A stretch of 37,663 bases of DNA from an uncultured archaeon (GTDB taxonomy: Archaea; Aenigmatarchaeota; Aenigmatarchaeia; CG10238-14). Below, piece by piece: positions 1 through 8,755 of this stretch; positions within the stretch are counted from its first letter, which is position 1, and every line of letters starts with the position of its first letter. The stretch covers positions 1 to 37,663 of the forward strand of contig CAYMPD010000010.1 of the NCBI GenBank assembly GCA_964392445.1, given 5' to 3'. Both the position numbers and the translations under genes were made by a program. The notes under the pieces were generated by a model, which saw only the letters and a list, made by a program, of their open reading frames with translations, was not told where the DNA came from and did not search any database.

Positions 1-1
1 T

Positions 2-577
2 AAAAAAGAATGGGTATATAGAGAAATACTATATCAAGTATTAGAGGAGAAAAATAATTTCCTTACTCAAAATTTTCTTTCTGAAAAATGTGAAGTTTCC
101 TTAGGAAATGTTAATCATGCACTAGAAGTACTGGTATCAATGGGTGCTATAGAAAAAAAGCCCAGGGGATTCAAAATAATTAATCCAAAAAAAAATCTTC
201 TTTATTGGGCCTCTATTAGAAACTTAGATAAAGATATCATTTACGAAACTTCTTCTAATAAATCTATTATAGAAATAGAAAAAGAAATGCCACAGGTAAT
301 ATTTACAGGTTATTCAGCATTCAAATTCAAATTCGGATATATACCATCCGACTATTCAGAAATATTTGTTTATGGAAAAAAAGAAAAAATCAAAGAAAGA
401 TTTCCTAAAAAAGAAGGTAGGTCAAAGGTTATTGTACTCGAACTAGATGATCATCTAAAAAAAATCAAGGAACTACCTATGGCCCAGTTATTTGTTGACT
501 TATGGAACATAAACACGTGGTACTCTCAAGAATTTTTAAAAGAAATGGAGAAGAAGATAGATGGAATTTTGGAATGA
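2..577 (+). CDS. wHTH-domain protein, AbiEi-like antitoxin/transcriptional regulator (5'-truncated by the window edge)
   Basis: The frame is open from position 2 (KKEWVYREILYQVLEEKNNFLTQNFLSEKCEVSLGNVNHALEVLVSMGAIEK...), so the track start at 140 is internal. LTQNFLSEKCEVSLGNVNHAL is HTH-like. The stop overlaps the start of the downstream nucleotidyltransferase. Confidence 0.6.
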   Translation, partial: KKEWVYREILYQVLEEKNNFLTQNFLSEKCEVSLGNVNHALEVLVSMGAIEKKPRGFKIINPKKNLLYWASIRNLDKDIIYETSSNKSIIEIEKEMPQVIFTGYSAFKFKFGYIPSDYSEIFVYGKKEKIKERFPKKEGRSKVIVLELDDHLKKIKELPMAQLFVDLWNINTWYSQEFLKEMEKKIDGILE

Positions 578-1199
578 TGTTGCCACAGACAAAAGTTGGG
601 ATGTATTGATAGAATTATCAAAAGAATTAAACTTCATACTAATCGGCGGATGGGCAGCTTATCTTCACACAAAAACCCTAAAGTCCAAAGATATAGATAT
701 AGTAGTGAATTTTGGTACTCTAGATAAATTAGCAACTAAATACAGATTAAAAAAGAATATGAACCTCAAAAAATACGAAATAGTTATCGATCAAGTATCT
801 GTAGATATTTATGTTCCCTATTTCTCTGATCTGGTCATACCACTAGAAGAACTAGATAATTTTACCACGAGCATAGAAGGTATTAGGGTCATTAAACCAG
901 AATTACTTCTGATTCTTAAACAAGAAGCCGAAATGGTGAGAAAAGATTCAATTAAAGGTCAAAAAGATAGGACTGATATAATTAATGTTCTAATTAATTC
1001 TGATATTAAGTTAAAAAAATACTTCAGTCTCGTTAAAAAATATGAATTATTTGAATATCCGAAAAGACTTGAAAAAATAATAAAAACTGCTAAAAAGGAA
1101 TTTGAATACTTAGGTATAAGAAATCCCAGAAAAATAAAACTGATTAAGAAAAGATTAATTAAGAAAATTAAAGTGGGTAGGACTAAATTGGAAAGGTAA
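561..1199 (+). CDS. Pol-beta superfamily nucleotidyltransferase, AbiEii/type IV TA toxin-like
   Basis: Motif LIGGWAAYLH...SKDIDIVV (GG-x-A...DxD), a third Asp in VSVDIYV, and a late KxxA...KGQKDRTD helix; translationally coupled to the wHTH gene. Confidence 0.65.
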   Translation: MEFWNDVATDKSWDVLIELSKELNFILIGGWAAYLHTKTLKSKDIDIVVNFGTLDKLATKYRLKKNMNLKKYEIVIDQVSVDIYVPYFSDLVIPLEELDNFTTSIEGIRVIKPELLLILKQEAEMVRKDSIKGQKDRTDIINVLINSDIKLKKYFSLVKKYELFEYPKRLEKIIKTAKKEFEYLGIRNPRKIKLIKKRLIKKIKVGRTKLER

Positions 1200-1206
1200 T
1201 TTCATC

Positions 1207-2493
1207 CTAAGGACTCAATCTTGTCCTATCTCTTGGGAACATACACGCTTCTCGGATATTCTTAACACCAGTTAGAGTCATTGTCAATCTCTCCAACCCA
1301 ATTGACCAACCAGCATGGGGCGGCGCACCATATCTGAAACAGTCTACATAGAACTTGAAATTATCTGGATTCAGATTCTTAGACTTAAGTTGTTTTATCA
1401 GTAATTCAGGTATATGCACCCTTTGGGTTCCAGAAGATATCTCAATTCCATGAAAAACTAGATCGAAGGCATGACAAACTTTTGGATTATCTTCATAAGG
1501 CATTGCATAAAAGGCTTTAATTTCTGTAGGCCAGTCCTTAAGGAAAAATGCATCACCAAATAATTTAGCTAACATCCTCTCCTGTGGTTTTGAAAAGTCA
1601 TCCCCCCATTCTATCTCTTCACCTTCTTTTTGCAAAGCTTCTATACATTCAGTATAAATAACTCGTCTAAAAGGCAATTTTGGCGTTTCTAATTTTACTC
1701 CTAGTATCTCTAATTCTTCCTTACAATTCTCTTTAACCTTCTTCACTATCTCAACTACTACTCTTTCTGCAACCTTCATCACATCCTCTTCAGATTCAAC
1801 AAAACCCATCTCAATATCCATCTGCCTTATCTCGTTCAAATGTGTGGGTGTATTAAACTTCTCAGCCCTCCAAATCGGGGATATACAAAAGACCTTTCTC
1901 AGTGATATCGCACCCATCTGTTTATACAATTGTGGACTTTGTGCTAAGAAGGCTTCTTTATCAAAATAAGGTATAGCAAACAAATCCGCTCCACCTTCGG
2001 TTGCTGATGAAATTATCCCTGGTGGTTGGATTTCCATAAATCCTTCCGATCTAAGAAATCCTCTGAATGTTTCTAATATCTGATTTTGAATTTTGAATAT
2101 CGCCAAACTTCTTTTACTTCTAAAATCAAGAATCCTCCAATCCAATCTCGTTTCTAACTCAGCAGGGGTTTTTCCACTAGGATCAAATGGGAGTGGTGTT
2201 TCTGCTAATCCTTGAATTTCAATTTTATCTGGGATTATTTCTTTACCCTCAGGGGCTTCTTTATTTTTCTGAAATTTACCTACTACAGTAATAGCAGACT
2301 GCCTGGAAATTTCGTCAACTTTATTGAACAAACTATCAGAAACCTTCCCCTTCGGTAATGTAACTTGATGATTACCATCAGGAGTATGCAAATCTATAAA
2401 CTTAATTCCGCCTAAATCTCGAATCTCTTCTACCCATCCGTTAATTTTCATATTATTATTTTCGTATTGTGTTTTTTTATGTGTTTTCTTCAT
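1207..2493 (-). CDS. aspS: Aspartyl-tRNA synthetase, archaeal type (probably non-discriminating)
   Basis: N-terminal OB fold (INGWVEEIRDLGGIKF), LAQSPQLYKQ, motif 2 WRAEKFNTPTHLNE, motif 3 GAPPHAGWSIGLERL, terminal FPRDRTRLSP; GGAGGT RBS upstream of the ATG. Confidence 0.95.
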   Translation of the reverse strand: MKKTHKKTQYENNNMKINGWVEEIRDLGGIKFIDLHTPDGNHQVTLPKGKVSDSLFNKVDEISRQSAITVVGKFQKNKEAPEGKEIIPDKIEIQGLAETPLPFDPSGKTPAELETRLDWRILDFRSKRSLAIFKIQNQILETFRGFLRSEGFMEIQPPGIISSATEGGADLFAIPYFDKEAFLAQSPQLYKQMGAISLRKVFCISPIWRAEKFNTPTHLNEIRQMDIEMGFVESEEDVMKVAERVVVEIVKKVKENCKEELEILGVKLETPKLPFRRVIYTECIEALQKEGEEIEWGDDFSKPQERMLAKLFGDAFFLKDWPTEIKAFYAMPYEDNPKVCHAFDLVFHGIEISSGTQRVHIPELLIKQLKSKNLNPDNFKFYVDCFRYGAPPHAGWSIGLERLTMTLTGVKNIREACMFPRDRTRLSP

Positions 2494-2548
2494 TTTTAAT
2501 ACCTCCTCTAATTAGATTAAATTAGTCAGCTTCCTAATTTTAGTTAAT

Positions 2549-3910
2549 TTATACATCTATTATCGATAAAAAAACACTCAGAGGTAATATTGTAATAGGA
2601 TTAGTCGAAAATTCACTCTTTGATAAAATAACGAATTCATCTAAATGATCCAAATACGCTTCCTTTTTCATATTGATTTTATCAGTCCATTTGACCTCAA
2701 ACCCTTTTAATTTACCTTTATCATGAAAAACTATATCTATTTCCCCTGAATTCCTCCAATAAAACAAATTTTCATCCAGAGAGACTTTATTATATTTATT
2801 AGCCGAATATCTCGCTATATGAGTTGCAGCCACCATCTCGGCTAGTTTATTTTTTCTATTATTCAACTTCAACATAGACCAATCTTCAAATATTTCTAAA
2901 AGTAAAGGGTCTATAGGGTGTATTTTTTTATTTTTTCCGAATTTTATTCTCTTTGCACTTATATCTGTATGGTAAAGTAAAATTAAAGAGAACATAGATC
3001 TAAGTAACTGAACATAAGCGGAAACAGTTTTTGGTGATTTTATTTCTATTTCATTTGAAATACTTGCCCAACTAACAGGTGTCTGAAGCTTCTCTATTAT
3101 AGATTTAATAATTTCCCTCGCTATATTATCGCTTCTTTCTGATTTAAGAACTTCGGTTTTTATCCAATTCAAATAGGTCTTTTTAGCCCCTGTTTTTTCT
3201 TCTAGTGCTAATGGAAAACCACCAACTCTGAAATATTCATTTAAGAGACTATCTAATTCTTTATTAAATACCATAGCTTGGGTTGCTTTATTTTTTAATT
3301 CTTTATTTGATAATTCCTTTACAGGTTTTATTTTTTTATGAACCTCAGGTTTATATATTTCCAAAAATTCTCTGAATGATAACGGTAAAAGTAAGAAATC
3401 CATTCCTTGACCTCTTCTACCAGGAAATAATTCCGTTTCTCGGCGTATATTTAAACTACTCGAACCCGTAAGAATTAAAACATCATTTCTAAAAACTCCC
3501 TTATCAATTTTAGACTTTATGGATTTATACCAAGATTCAGGAGAAGTTATTTCATCTAGAAAAATATATGAAGTTTTTATTCCAGAATTCTCTTTAAATT
3601 CCATGTAAATTTCGATAATTTCAGAAAGTTCTTTGTAGTCCAAAAGTTCTTCGCAATTAAAATAAAAAACACTCCTAGGGTCTTTCTTTTCGAGAAGTTT
3701 CTTTATCATTATTTTTACTGTTGTCGTTTTCCCAACCTGTCTTGGACCAAGGATTATATGTAAAGAATATGGCTTTAACTTTATTTTATTTACAATAGAA
3801 GGTATCCATTTATGTTTTTTTTCTTTCCACTTAACAATATCGTAATCCCTTTCTATCAATTTTTTATTCTTCCACCAATTATTTTGTTTAGTTAAAATCT
3901 CCAAGTTCAT
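2549..3910 (-). CDS. AAA+ ATPase (AAA_14) with C-terminal DUF4143/PD-(D/E)xK-like domain
   Basis: Walker A GPRQVGKTT, Walker B IFLDEI, ILTGSS, GGFP, central wHTH-like segment (SWASISNEIEIKSPKTVSAYV), C-terminal EIDIV...GFEVKW. Confidence 0.85.
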   Translation of the reverse strand: MNLEILTKQNNWWKNKKLIERDYDIVKWKEKKHKWIPSIVNKIKLKPYSLHIILGPRQVGKTTTVKIMIKKLLEKKDPRSVFYFNCEELLDYKELSEIIEIYMEFKENSGIKTSYIFLDEITSPESWYKSIKSKIDKGVFRNDVLILTGSSSLNIRRETELFPGRRGQGMDFLLLPLSFREFLEIYKPEVHKKIKPVKELSNKELKNKATQAMVFNKELDSLLNEYFRVGGFPLALEEKTGAKKTYLNWIKTEVLKSERSDNIAREIIKSIIEKLQTPVSWASISNEIEIKSPKTVSAYVQLLRSMFSLILLYHTDISAKRIKFGKNKKIHPIDPLLLEIFEDWSMLKLNNRKNKLAEMVAATHIARYSANKYNKVSLDENLFYWRNSGEIDIVFHDKGKLKGFEVKWTDKINMKKEAYLDHLDEFVILSKSEFSTNPITILPLSVFLSIIDV

Positions 3911-3911
3911 A

Positions 3912-3970
3912 TCAGTATTTAGAATACCGATATTTATATATTTTTCGGTATTTAGAATACCGATATTTAT
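3912..3970 (-). promoter_or_regulatory. Two palindromic operator-like boxes flanking a TATA box upstream of the AAA+/DUF4143 gene
   Basis: GTATTTAGAATACCGATATTTAT occurs at 3915-3937 and 3948-3970. Palindrome TCGGTATT-TAG-AATACCGA lies at 3945-3963, with a one-mismatch copy at 3912-3930. Minus-strand TATATAAATA (3940-3931) lies between them, 21-30 nt before the ATG. Confidence 0.7.
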
Positions 3971-5178
3971 CGTCTACCCATAAAGTTATCTAATTTGTCA
4001 AATGCCTCTTCCATTATCTCAACTGGAGGTAAAATAACCGAACGGAAATGGCCTTTACCATATTTTTCATCAAACCCAGAACCATAGGGAAATACAACAC
4101 CTTTTTCTTTAATTAAATCCAAGCAGAATTCTTTATCAGTTTTCCATCTATCCCCTAGATATACTTTCGGAAAGATATAAAATGCACCCTCTGGTTTTTG
4201 TGCAGATATCCCCTCTATTTCATTTAATCTCTTGTAAGCAAATTCAGCTCTTCTTTTCAGTTTTCTGTTTGTCTCCTTGACGTGATTCTGAGAACCAGAA
4301 TAAGCTACTTTACAAGCTTTCATTATTGGTGTGGAAGGTGATAACCTAAGTCTGGCTTCTTTGAGAATAGAATTTTTGAAATCCCCTAAAATTCCTTGAG
4401 GGTCATGAAAATACATATAGCCCATTCTCCAACCAGGTATAAGGTAAGATTTTGAAAATCCATTCAAACCGATGACAGAAACATTCTTTGCAAGTGAAGC
4501 TAAACCTGGAGAATCTTTTCCGCTAAAGATTAATTGATCATAAATCTCATCTGTTATCAAAAGCAATTGTTTTTCTTCAGCTATTTTTACAATTTTCTTC
4601 AAAGATTCCTTACTAAACACCGCACCCGTTGGATTATTAGGATTAATAACTACTATCGCCTTAGTTTTTTCAGTTATTTTTCTTTCTAAATCTTCTATAT
4701 CTGGACTCCATTTATTTTCTTCATCTGATCTATAAGTTACAGGAACTCCACCGAAGAACCTTGACAACTGGATGTAAATAGGATAAGCAGGTCCTGCCAT
4801 AAGTATTTCGTCTCCTCTACCGGGCTCAATTAATGTCCCGAGCAAAAAATTGATGCCTTCACTAATTCCTTGGGTCACCACAACATCATCTGATGTTAGT
4901 TCAAGATTGTTCTTTTTATTCTCCCTCTCCGATATTGCTCGTCTTAATTGTTCTTCCCCCTGAGAATCACCGTAATATCCCGCTTTCTCTTCTTTCATTA
5001 TCCTTATCATTTCCTCTCGCATGAATTCTGGGGTTTTAAAATCGAATTTGTTGGGATCACCGATATTGAAATAGTAGACTTTTTTTCCCTCTTTTTCTAC
5101 CTTTTTTGCAGGACCTATGACATCCCTGATTGCATATTCTATATCCTTTGATCTTTGACTTGGTTTTATCATAAGCAA
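3967..5178 (-). CDS. Class I/II PLP-dependent aminotransferase, alanine aminotransferase-like
   Basis: FNIGDPNKFDF, INPNNPTG, DEIYD, PLP-lysine motif FSKSYLIPGWRMGY, PEGAFY. Confidence 0.88.
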   Translation of the reverse strand: MLMIKPSQRSKDIEYAIRDVIGPAKKVEKEGKKVYYFNIGDPNKFDFKTPEFMREEMIRIMKEEKAGYYGDSQGEEQLRRAISERENKKNNLELTSDDVVVTQGISEGINFLLGTLIEPGRGDEILMAGPAYPIYIQLSRFFGGVPVTYRSDEENKWSPDIEDLERKITEKTKAIVVINPNNPTGAVFSKESLKKIVKIAEEKQLLLITDEIYDQLIFSGKDSPGLASLAKNVSVIGLNGFSKSYLIPGWRMGYMYFHDPQGILGDFKNSILKEARLRLSPSTPIMKACKVAYSGSQNHVKETNRKLKRRAEFAYKRLNEIEGISAQKPEGAFYIFPKVYLGDRWKTDKEFCLDLIKEKGVVFPYGSGFDEKYGKGHFRSVILPPVEIMEEAFDKLDNFMGRR

Positions 5179-5248
5179 TTATTTCGTTTATAAATTATTA
5201 AAGGATTTTTACTTTTAGAATATAAGATTAAATTGGGTTAGATTATAC

Positions 5249-5530
5249 ATGGGAACTTTACGAAAGAGTTATGATTTATCTCCATCATATTATATTAGAG
5301 GTAAAACGGGGTTTTATGCTTTAGATGAAATTCCTGAAGGGCTTGAAGGAAAAAGTCTGATAAGAGAGGTTATAAATAGGCAAGGAGAACATATACAAGT
5401 AATCTCAGAATTTGGATTAATACAAAAATTAGAAAGACACGGATTCTATCCAAATAGTGTAAGGAGTACCGTAAAAAATATTGATCTATATGATATTATT
5501 TCTCTGGAAGAATTGAGAAGATCACCTTAA
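5249..5530 (+). CDS. Hypothetical protein (93 aa)
   Basis: ATG ORF filling an intergenic gap with genome-like codon usage; no recognisable motif. Confidence 0.55.
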   Translation: MGTLRKSYDLSPSYYIRGKTGFYALDEIPEGLEGKSLIREVINRQGEHIQVISEFGLIQKLERHGFYPNSVRSTVKNIDLYDIISLEELRRSP

Positions 5531-5564
5531 TTCTTATATTTCACTTTTTCCAATAACTTATAGT

Positions 5565-6116
5565 ATGTCAAAGCAGAAAACCAAAAAGAAAAAGAAACAC
5601 AAATTCACAGACAAAAGAATTTTCCTAAACTATGCTATGCCTTGTATGGTGGAAAGAGTAAGAAGGGGAGAATTTACCCAGGAAGAATTTGAAAAATTCT
5701 GTGAGGATCTAGTTGAAGAAAGGAAAATTCCAGATGAAGAGTTGTATAATTTATTTCCGGTCGCAATGAACTTTGTTGATAAGTCTGCGGAGAAGTTAAA
5801 TAAAGCTAAAGCTGATGAAGTAATTATTGATAAAGATGTAGTCAGACAATATTTCTGGTATGATCATGACGAAGTTGTTAAAAAAAGAATGACTCACGAT
5901 AGAGAAGATTATTGTTTAGTTCTTCCGGGGAAGATTAAAGAAATCAAAGGTAAAGAAGGACTAGTAGAAACACCTAGGGGAAAAAGAAAAATAAATTTAG
6001 TTTTCCTAAAAGAGAAAGATTTGAAAAACAAACACGTAACTGTCCATTATTATCACGCATGTGAAGTTATTTCTGAAGAAAATTTCAATAAATTATGGGA
6101 GATGAAAAGTGGATAA
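5565..6116 (+). CDS. DUF6390-like protein with a HypC-like C-terminal OB-fold segment
   Basis: FLNYAMPC at the N-terminus, DYCLVLPGKIKEI, and C-terminal HVTVHYYHACEVISEE, which resembles HypC YVLVHxGFA..IxEE. Family assignment is from remembered motifs only. Confidence 0.5.
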   Translation: MSKQKTKKKKKHKFTDKRIFLNYAMPCMVERVRRGEFTQEEFEKFCEDLVEERKIPDEELYNLFPVAMNFVDKSAEKLNKAKADEVIIDKDVVRQYFWYDHDEVVKKRMTHDREDYCLVLPGKIKEIKGKEGLVETPRGKRKINLVFLKEKDLKNKHVTVHYYHACEVISEENFNKLWEMKSG

Positions 6117-7020
6117 AGAAACCAAGGGAACATTGTTTGCTTTTGCTACTGCTTTGATTAGTGGTATTGCTATTCCAGTGAACAAATTAATTGTAATTAA
6201 TATGGATCCGACAGTTTTCACGGCAACTAGGGCTTTAATAATAGGATTAACTTTCCTTGTAATCGCTTGGAGGAGTGAAAAATTGGATAAAAGAATTTTA
6301 GAAGAACAGAAATGGTTATACCTTATCCTAATCGGCTTAATAGGTGGTGGTTTAGCTTTCCTACTTTATTTCCATGGTTTACAAATAACAACTTCATCAA
6401 GGGGAGCGTTCTTACATAAAACTCTCCCACTTTATACGACCATCCTCGCATTTATTTTCTTGAAGGAAAAAATACCACAAAAACAACTTATCGCCTTAGG
6501 ATTAATGTTATTAGGAACTATAGTAATTTATTACAACAAAATCGATCCAAATGTTGCAAAATGGCCTGATCCTTCTCTTGGGGATATACTTGTTATTCTT
6601 GCTACAATTCTTTGGGCAATTGAAAATACAATTGCAAAAAAAGCTATGATTAAGGGTGAATCTAATTATGTTGTTTCGGGTGCAAGGATGTTAATTGGAT
6701 CTTTGTTCCTGTTCGGAGTTATAATTCTACTGGGAAACATGGGTTATTTACTTTCTTTATCTTTAACTCAAATTATAGGTCTTTTAGTGTCAACTTTTAT
6801 TCTATTGGGATATGTGTTTTGCTGGTATTCTGCTGTAAAGCTGATTAATGTCTCCAAGGCCGCAACTTTCCTCCTCTTATCTCCTGTAATCTCGATGGTC
6901 TCAGGTATATTGATATTCGAAGAACCCACTCCAATCATCCAATTGGTAGGGTCAATTCTAATTCTTACGGGCGGATACTTAGTAAGTAAGGTGAAAAGTG
7001 AGTTTGTGGAAGGAGTTTAA
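6109..7020 (+). CDS. DMT/EamA family transporter
   Basis: About 10 hydrophobic segments in two EamA-like repeats; overlaps the upstream stop codon. Confidence 0.85.
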   Translation: MDKETKGTLFAFATALISGIAIPVNKLIVINMDPTVFTATRALIIGLTFLVIAWRSEKLDKRILEEQKWLYLILIGLIGGGLAFLLYFHGLQITTSSRGAFLHKTLPLYTTILAFIFLKEKIPQKQLIALGLMLLGTIVIYYNKIDPNVAKWPDPSLGDILVILATILWAIENTIAKKAMIKGESNYVVSGARMLIGSLFLFGVIILLGNMGYLLSLSLTQIIGLLVSTFILLGYVFCWYSAVKLINVSKAATFLLLSPVISMVSGILIFEEPTPIIQLVGSILILTGGYLVSKVKSEFVEGV

Positions 7021-7023
7021 GTC

Positions 7024-7764
7024 TCAATGTGCCCAAATTTTGGTAAGTAAATACATTATTAATAAACCTAAGAAGAAAACTAAACTCTGAACTAACGTAT
7101 TCTTACCTTCATGTTCCTTATGTATTTCCGGCATAATATCAACCAATGCTAAATAAATGAAACCACCTGCAGTAATAGAAAGAATTACAGGTATTAGATT
7201 TTCACTAATTCCGTCAAAATAAATAGTAATTAAAGAACCAAGAACAGCGACTAATGCAGATAAAAGATTGAATATTAGAGCCTTTTTCGGCTTTAAACCA
7301 GCGTGGACAAGTATACCAAAATCTCCAAGTTCTTGGGGTATTTCATGAAAAATAACTGCCAAAGTCGTAATCATTCCCAGATTAAAACTATGAAGATAAC
7401 TGGCTGCTATAAGGGCTCCATCTATTAAGTTATGGGCTCCATCACCGATAAGATTGAGATAAGCCAAAGGTTTGACGTCACAATCCCCTTCATGACAATG
7501 ATGCCAATGAACATATTTCTCGAGGGCAAAGAAAATCACTATGCCTACTAGAACAAAACTGATATTACCTGAGCCGTATTCATTCACTACTTCCGGTAGT
7601 ATATCAAAAAAAGTTGCACCTAAAAGTGAACCAGCAGCAAAAGATACCAAAATAAACAGAATTTTCTTCAACATTTTTCTCTTGATAACCATTACTATTA
7701 TACCAAGTACAGAAATCAAACTTACTAATAATGCAGATCCAATTATAACTAAATGACTTGTCAT
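7024..7764 (-). CDS. ZIP family divalent metal transporter
   Basis: SFAAGSLLG, His-rich loop HWHHCH, GDGAHNLIDG, HEIPQELGDF, AGGFIYLA. Confidence 0.92.
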   Translation of the reverse strand: MTSHLVIIGSALLVSLISVLGIIVMVIKRKMLKKILFILVSFAAGSLLGATFFDILPEVVNEYGSGNISFVLVGIVIFFALEKYVHWHHCHEGDCDVKPLAYLNLIGDGAHNLIDGALIAASYLHSFNLGMITTLAVIFHEIPQELGDFGILVHAGLKPKKALIFNLLSALVAVLGSLITIYFDGISENLIPVILSITAGGFIYLALVDIMPEIHKEHEGKNTLVQSLVFFLGLLIMYLLTKIWAH

Positions 7765-7836
7765 TTTTAATAAATGGGAATGGAGAGATTAAAAGATAAT
7801 ATAAGAATATTTGAGACTAATAATAAATCGAGTAAT

Positions 7837-8565
7837 ATGGAAAAAATTCTAGAAGTAATCAAAATCGAAAAAGAAACCCATGACGTAAAAACATTCAGGC
7901 TAAAACTAGAAAAGAAACTAGATTTTATCCCTGGTCAATATTGCCTTGTTTCTTTTCTGGACGATAAATATCCTGAGGATGAAAAACCTTTCACTTACGC
8001 AAGTTCACCTACTCAAAAAGATTACATGGAATTAACCGTTAAAAAAATGGGAACATTCACTAAAGCACTCCACTCACTAAAAGTAGGTGAGAAACTTAGA
8101 ATAGATGGCCCAAGAGGAGAGTCATTAAATTTCGATCAATCTGTTAAAGAGAATGTAGTTTTCATAGCTGGGGGGTCTGGGATAACACCATTCATGTCAT
8201 CACTAATATACGCGGTAGATAAAAATTTACCTAATAATTTTGTTTTGTTTTTCAGTAATCGAACTGTAAAGGATATAATATATCGGGAAGAATTGGATGA
8301 AATGGGGAAAAGAGATAATATAAAAGTAATAAATACACTAACGCAAGAAGCACCTGAAGACTGGAGAGGTGAAGAGGAGAGAGTGGATAAAGAAATGATA
8401 AAAAAATATGTAAACAATCTCTCGGATAAACTCTGGTATATATGTGGTCCACCGCCAATGGTGGATGCTATGGAAAAAATATTAATCGAGTTAAATGTCC
8501 CTGAAGATAACTTAAGAATCGAAGATTGGCAAATACCTGGTAAACATGATCAAGGAGATGAATAA
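7837..8565 (+). CDS. FAD/NAD(P)-binding oxidoreductase, ferredoxin-NADP reductase family
   Basis: FIPGQY, KPFTYAS (RxYS-like), GTFT, GPRG, IAGGSGITPF, YICGPPPM. The start was moved to M22 of the track ORF (7837) because the track start collides with the divergent ZIP gene. Confidence 0.85.
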   Translation: MEKILEVIKIEKETHDVKTFRLKLEKKLDFIPGQYCLVSFLDDKYPEDEKPFTYASSPTQKDYMELTVKKMGTFTKALHSLKVGEKLRIDGPRGESLNFDQSVKENVVFIAGGSGITPFMSSLIYAVDKNLPNNFVLFFSNRTVKDIIYREELDEMGKRDNIKVINTLTQEAPEDWRGEEERVDKEMIKKYVNNLSDKLWYICGPPPMVDAMEKILIELNVPEDNLRIEDWQIPGKHDQGDE

Positions 8566-8567
8566 TT

Positions 8568-8711
8568 ATGACGAAGAAATTTTGGAAATGTAGTGTTTGT
8601 GGTGACATCCACTTTGGAGAAGCGGGTCCTGAGATTTGTCCTACTTGTAAAGCAGAAGATGCTTATGAAAATATTGACAAAGAAACCGCAAAGAAAAAAA
8701 TGAAGTTGTAA
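8568..8711 (+). CDS. Rubredoxin-like small protein (47 aa), absent from the ORF track
   Basis: MTKKFWKCSVCGDIHFGEAGPEICPTCKAEDAYENIDKETAKKKMKL: WxCxxCG...CPxC; starts 2 nt after the FNR stop, with GGAG upstream. Confidence 0.85.
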   Translation: MTKKFWKCSVCGDIHFGEAGPEICPTCKAEDAYENIDKETAKKKMKL

Positions 8712-8755
8712 AACAGTTAATTTAATTTATACCCGTTCAGAAATAATTATACTAT

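Noticed and set aside
561-2493. A functional link between the nucleotidyltransferase toxin and the adjacent aspS
   Set aside because: The genes are convergent, and adjacency alone gives no support.
3915-3970. 23-bp direct repeat as a mini-CRISPR
   Set aside because: Only two copies with a 10-nt gap that is itself the TATA box, and no cas genes; an operator pair explains it better.
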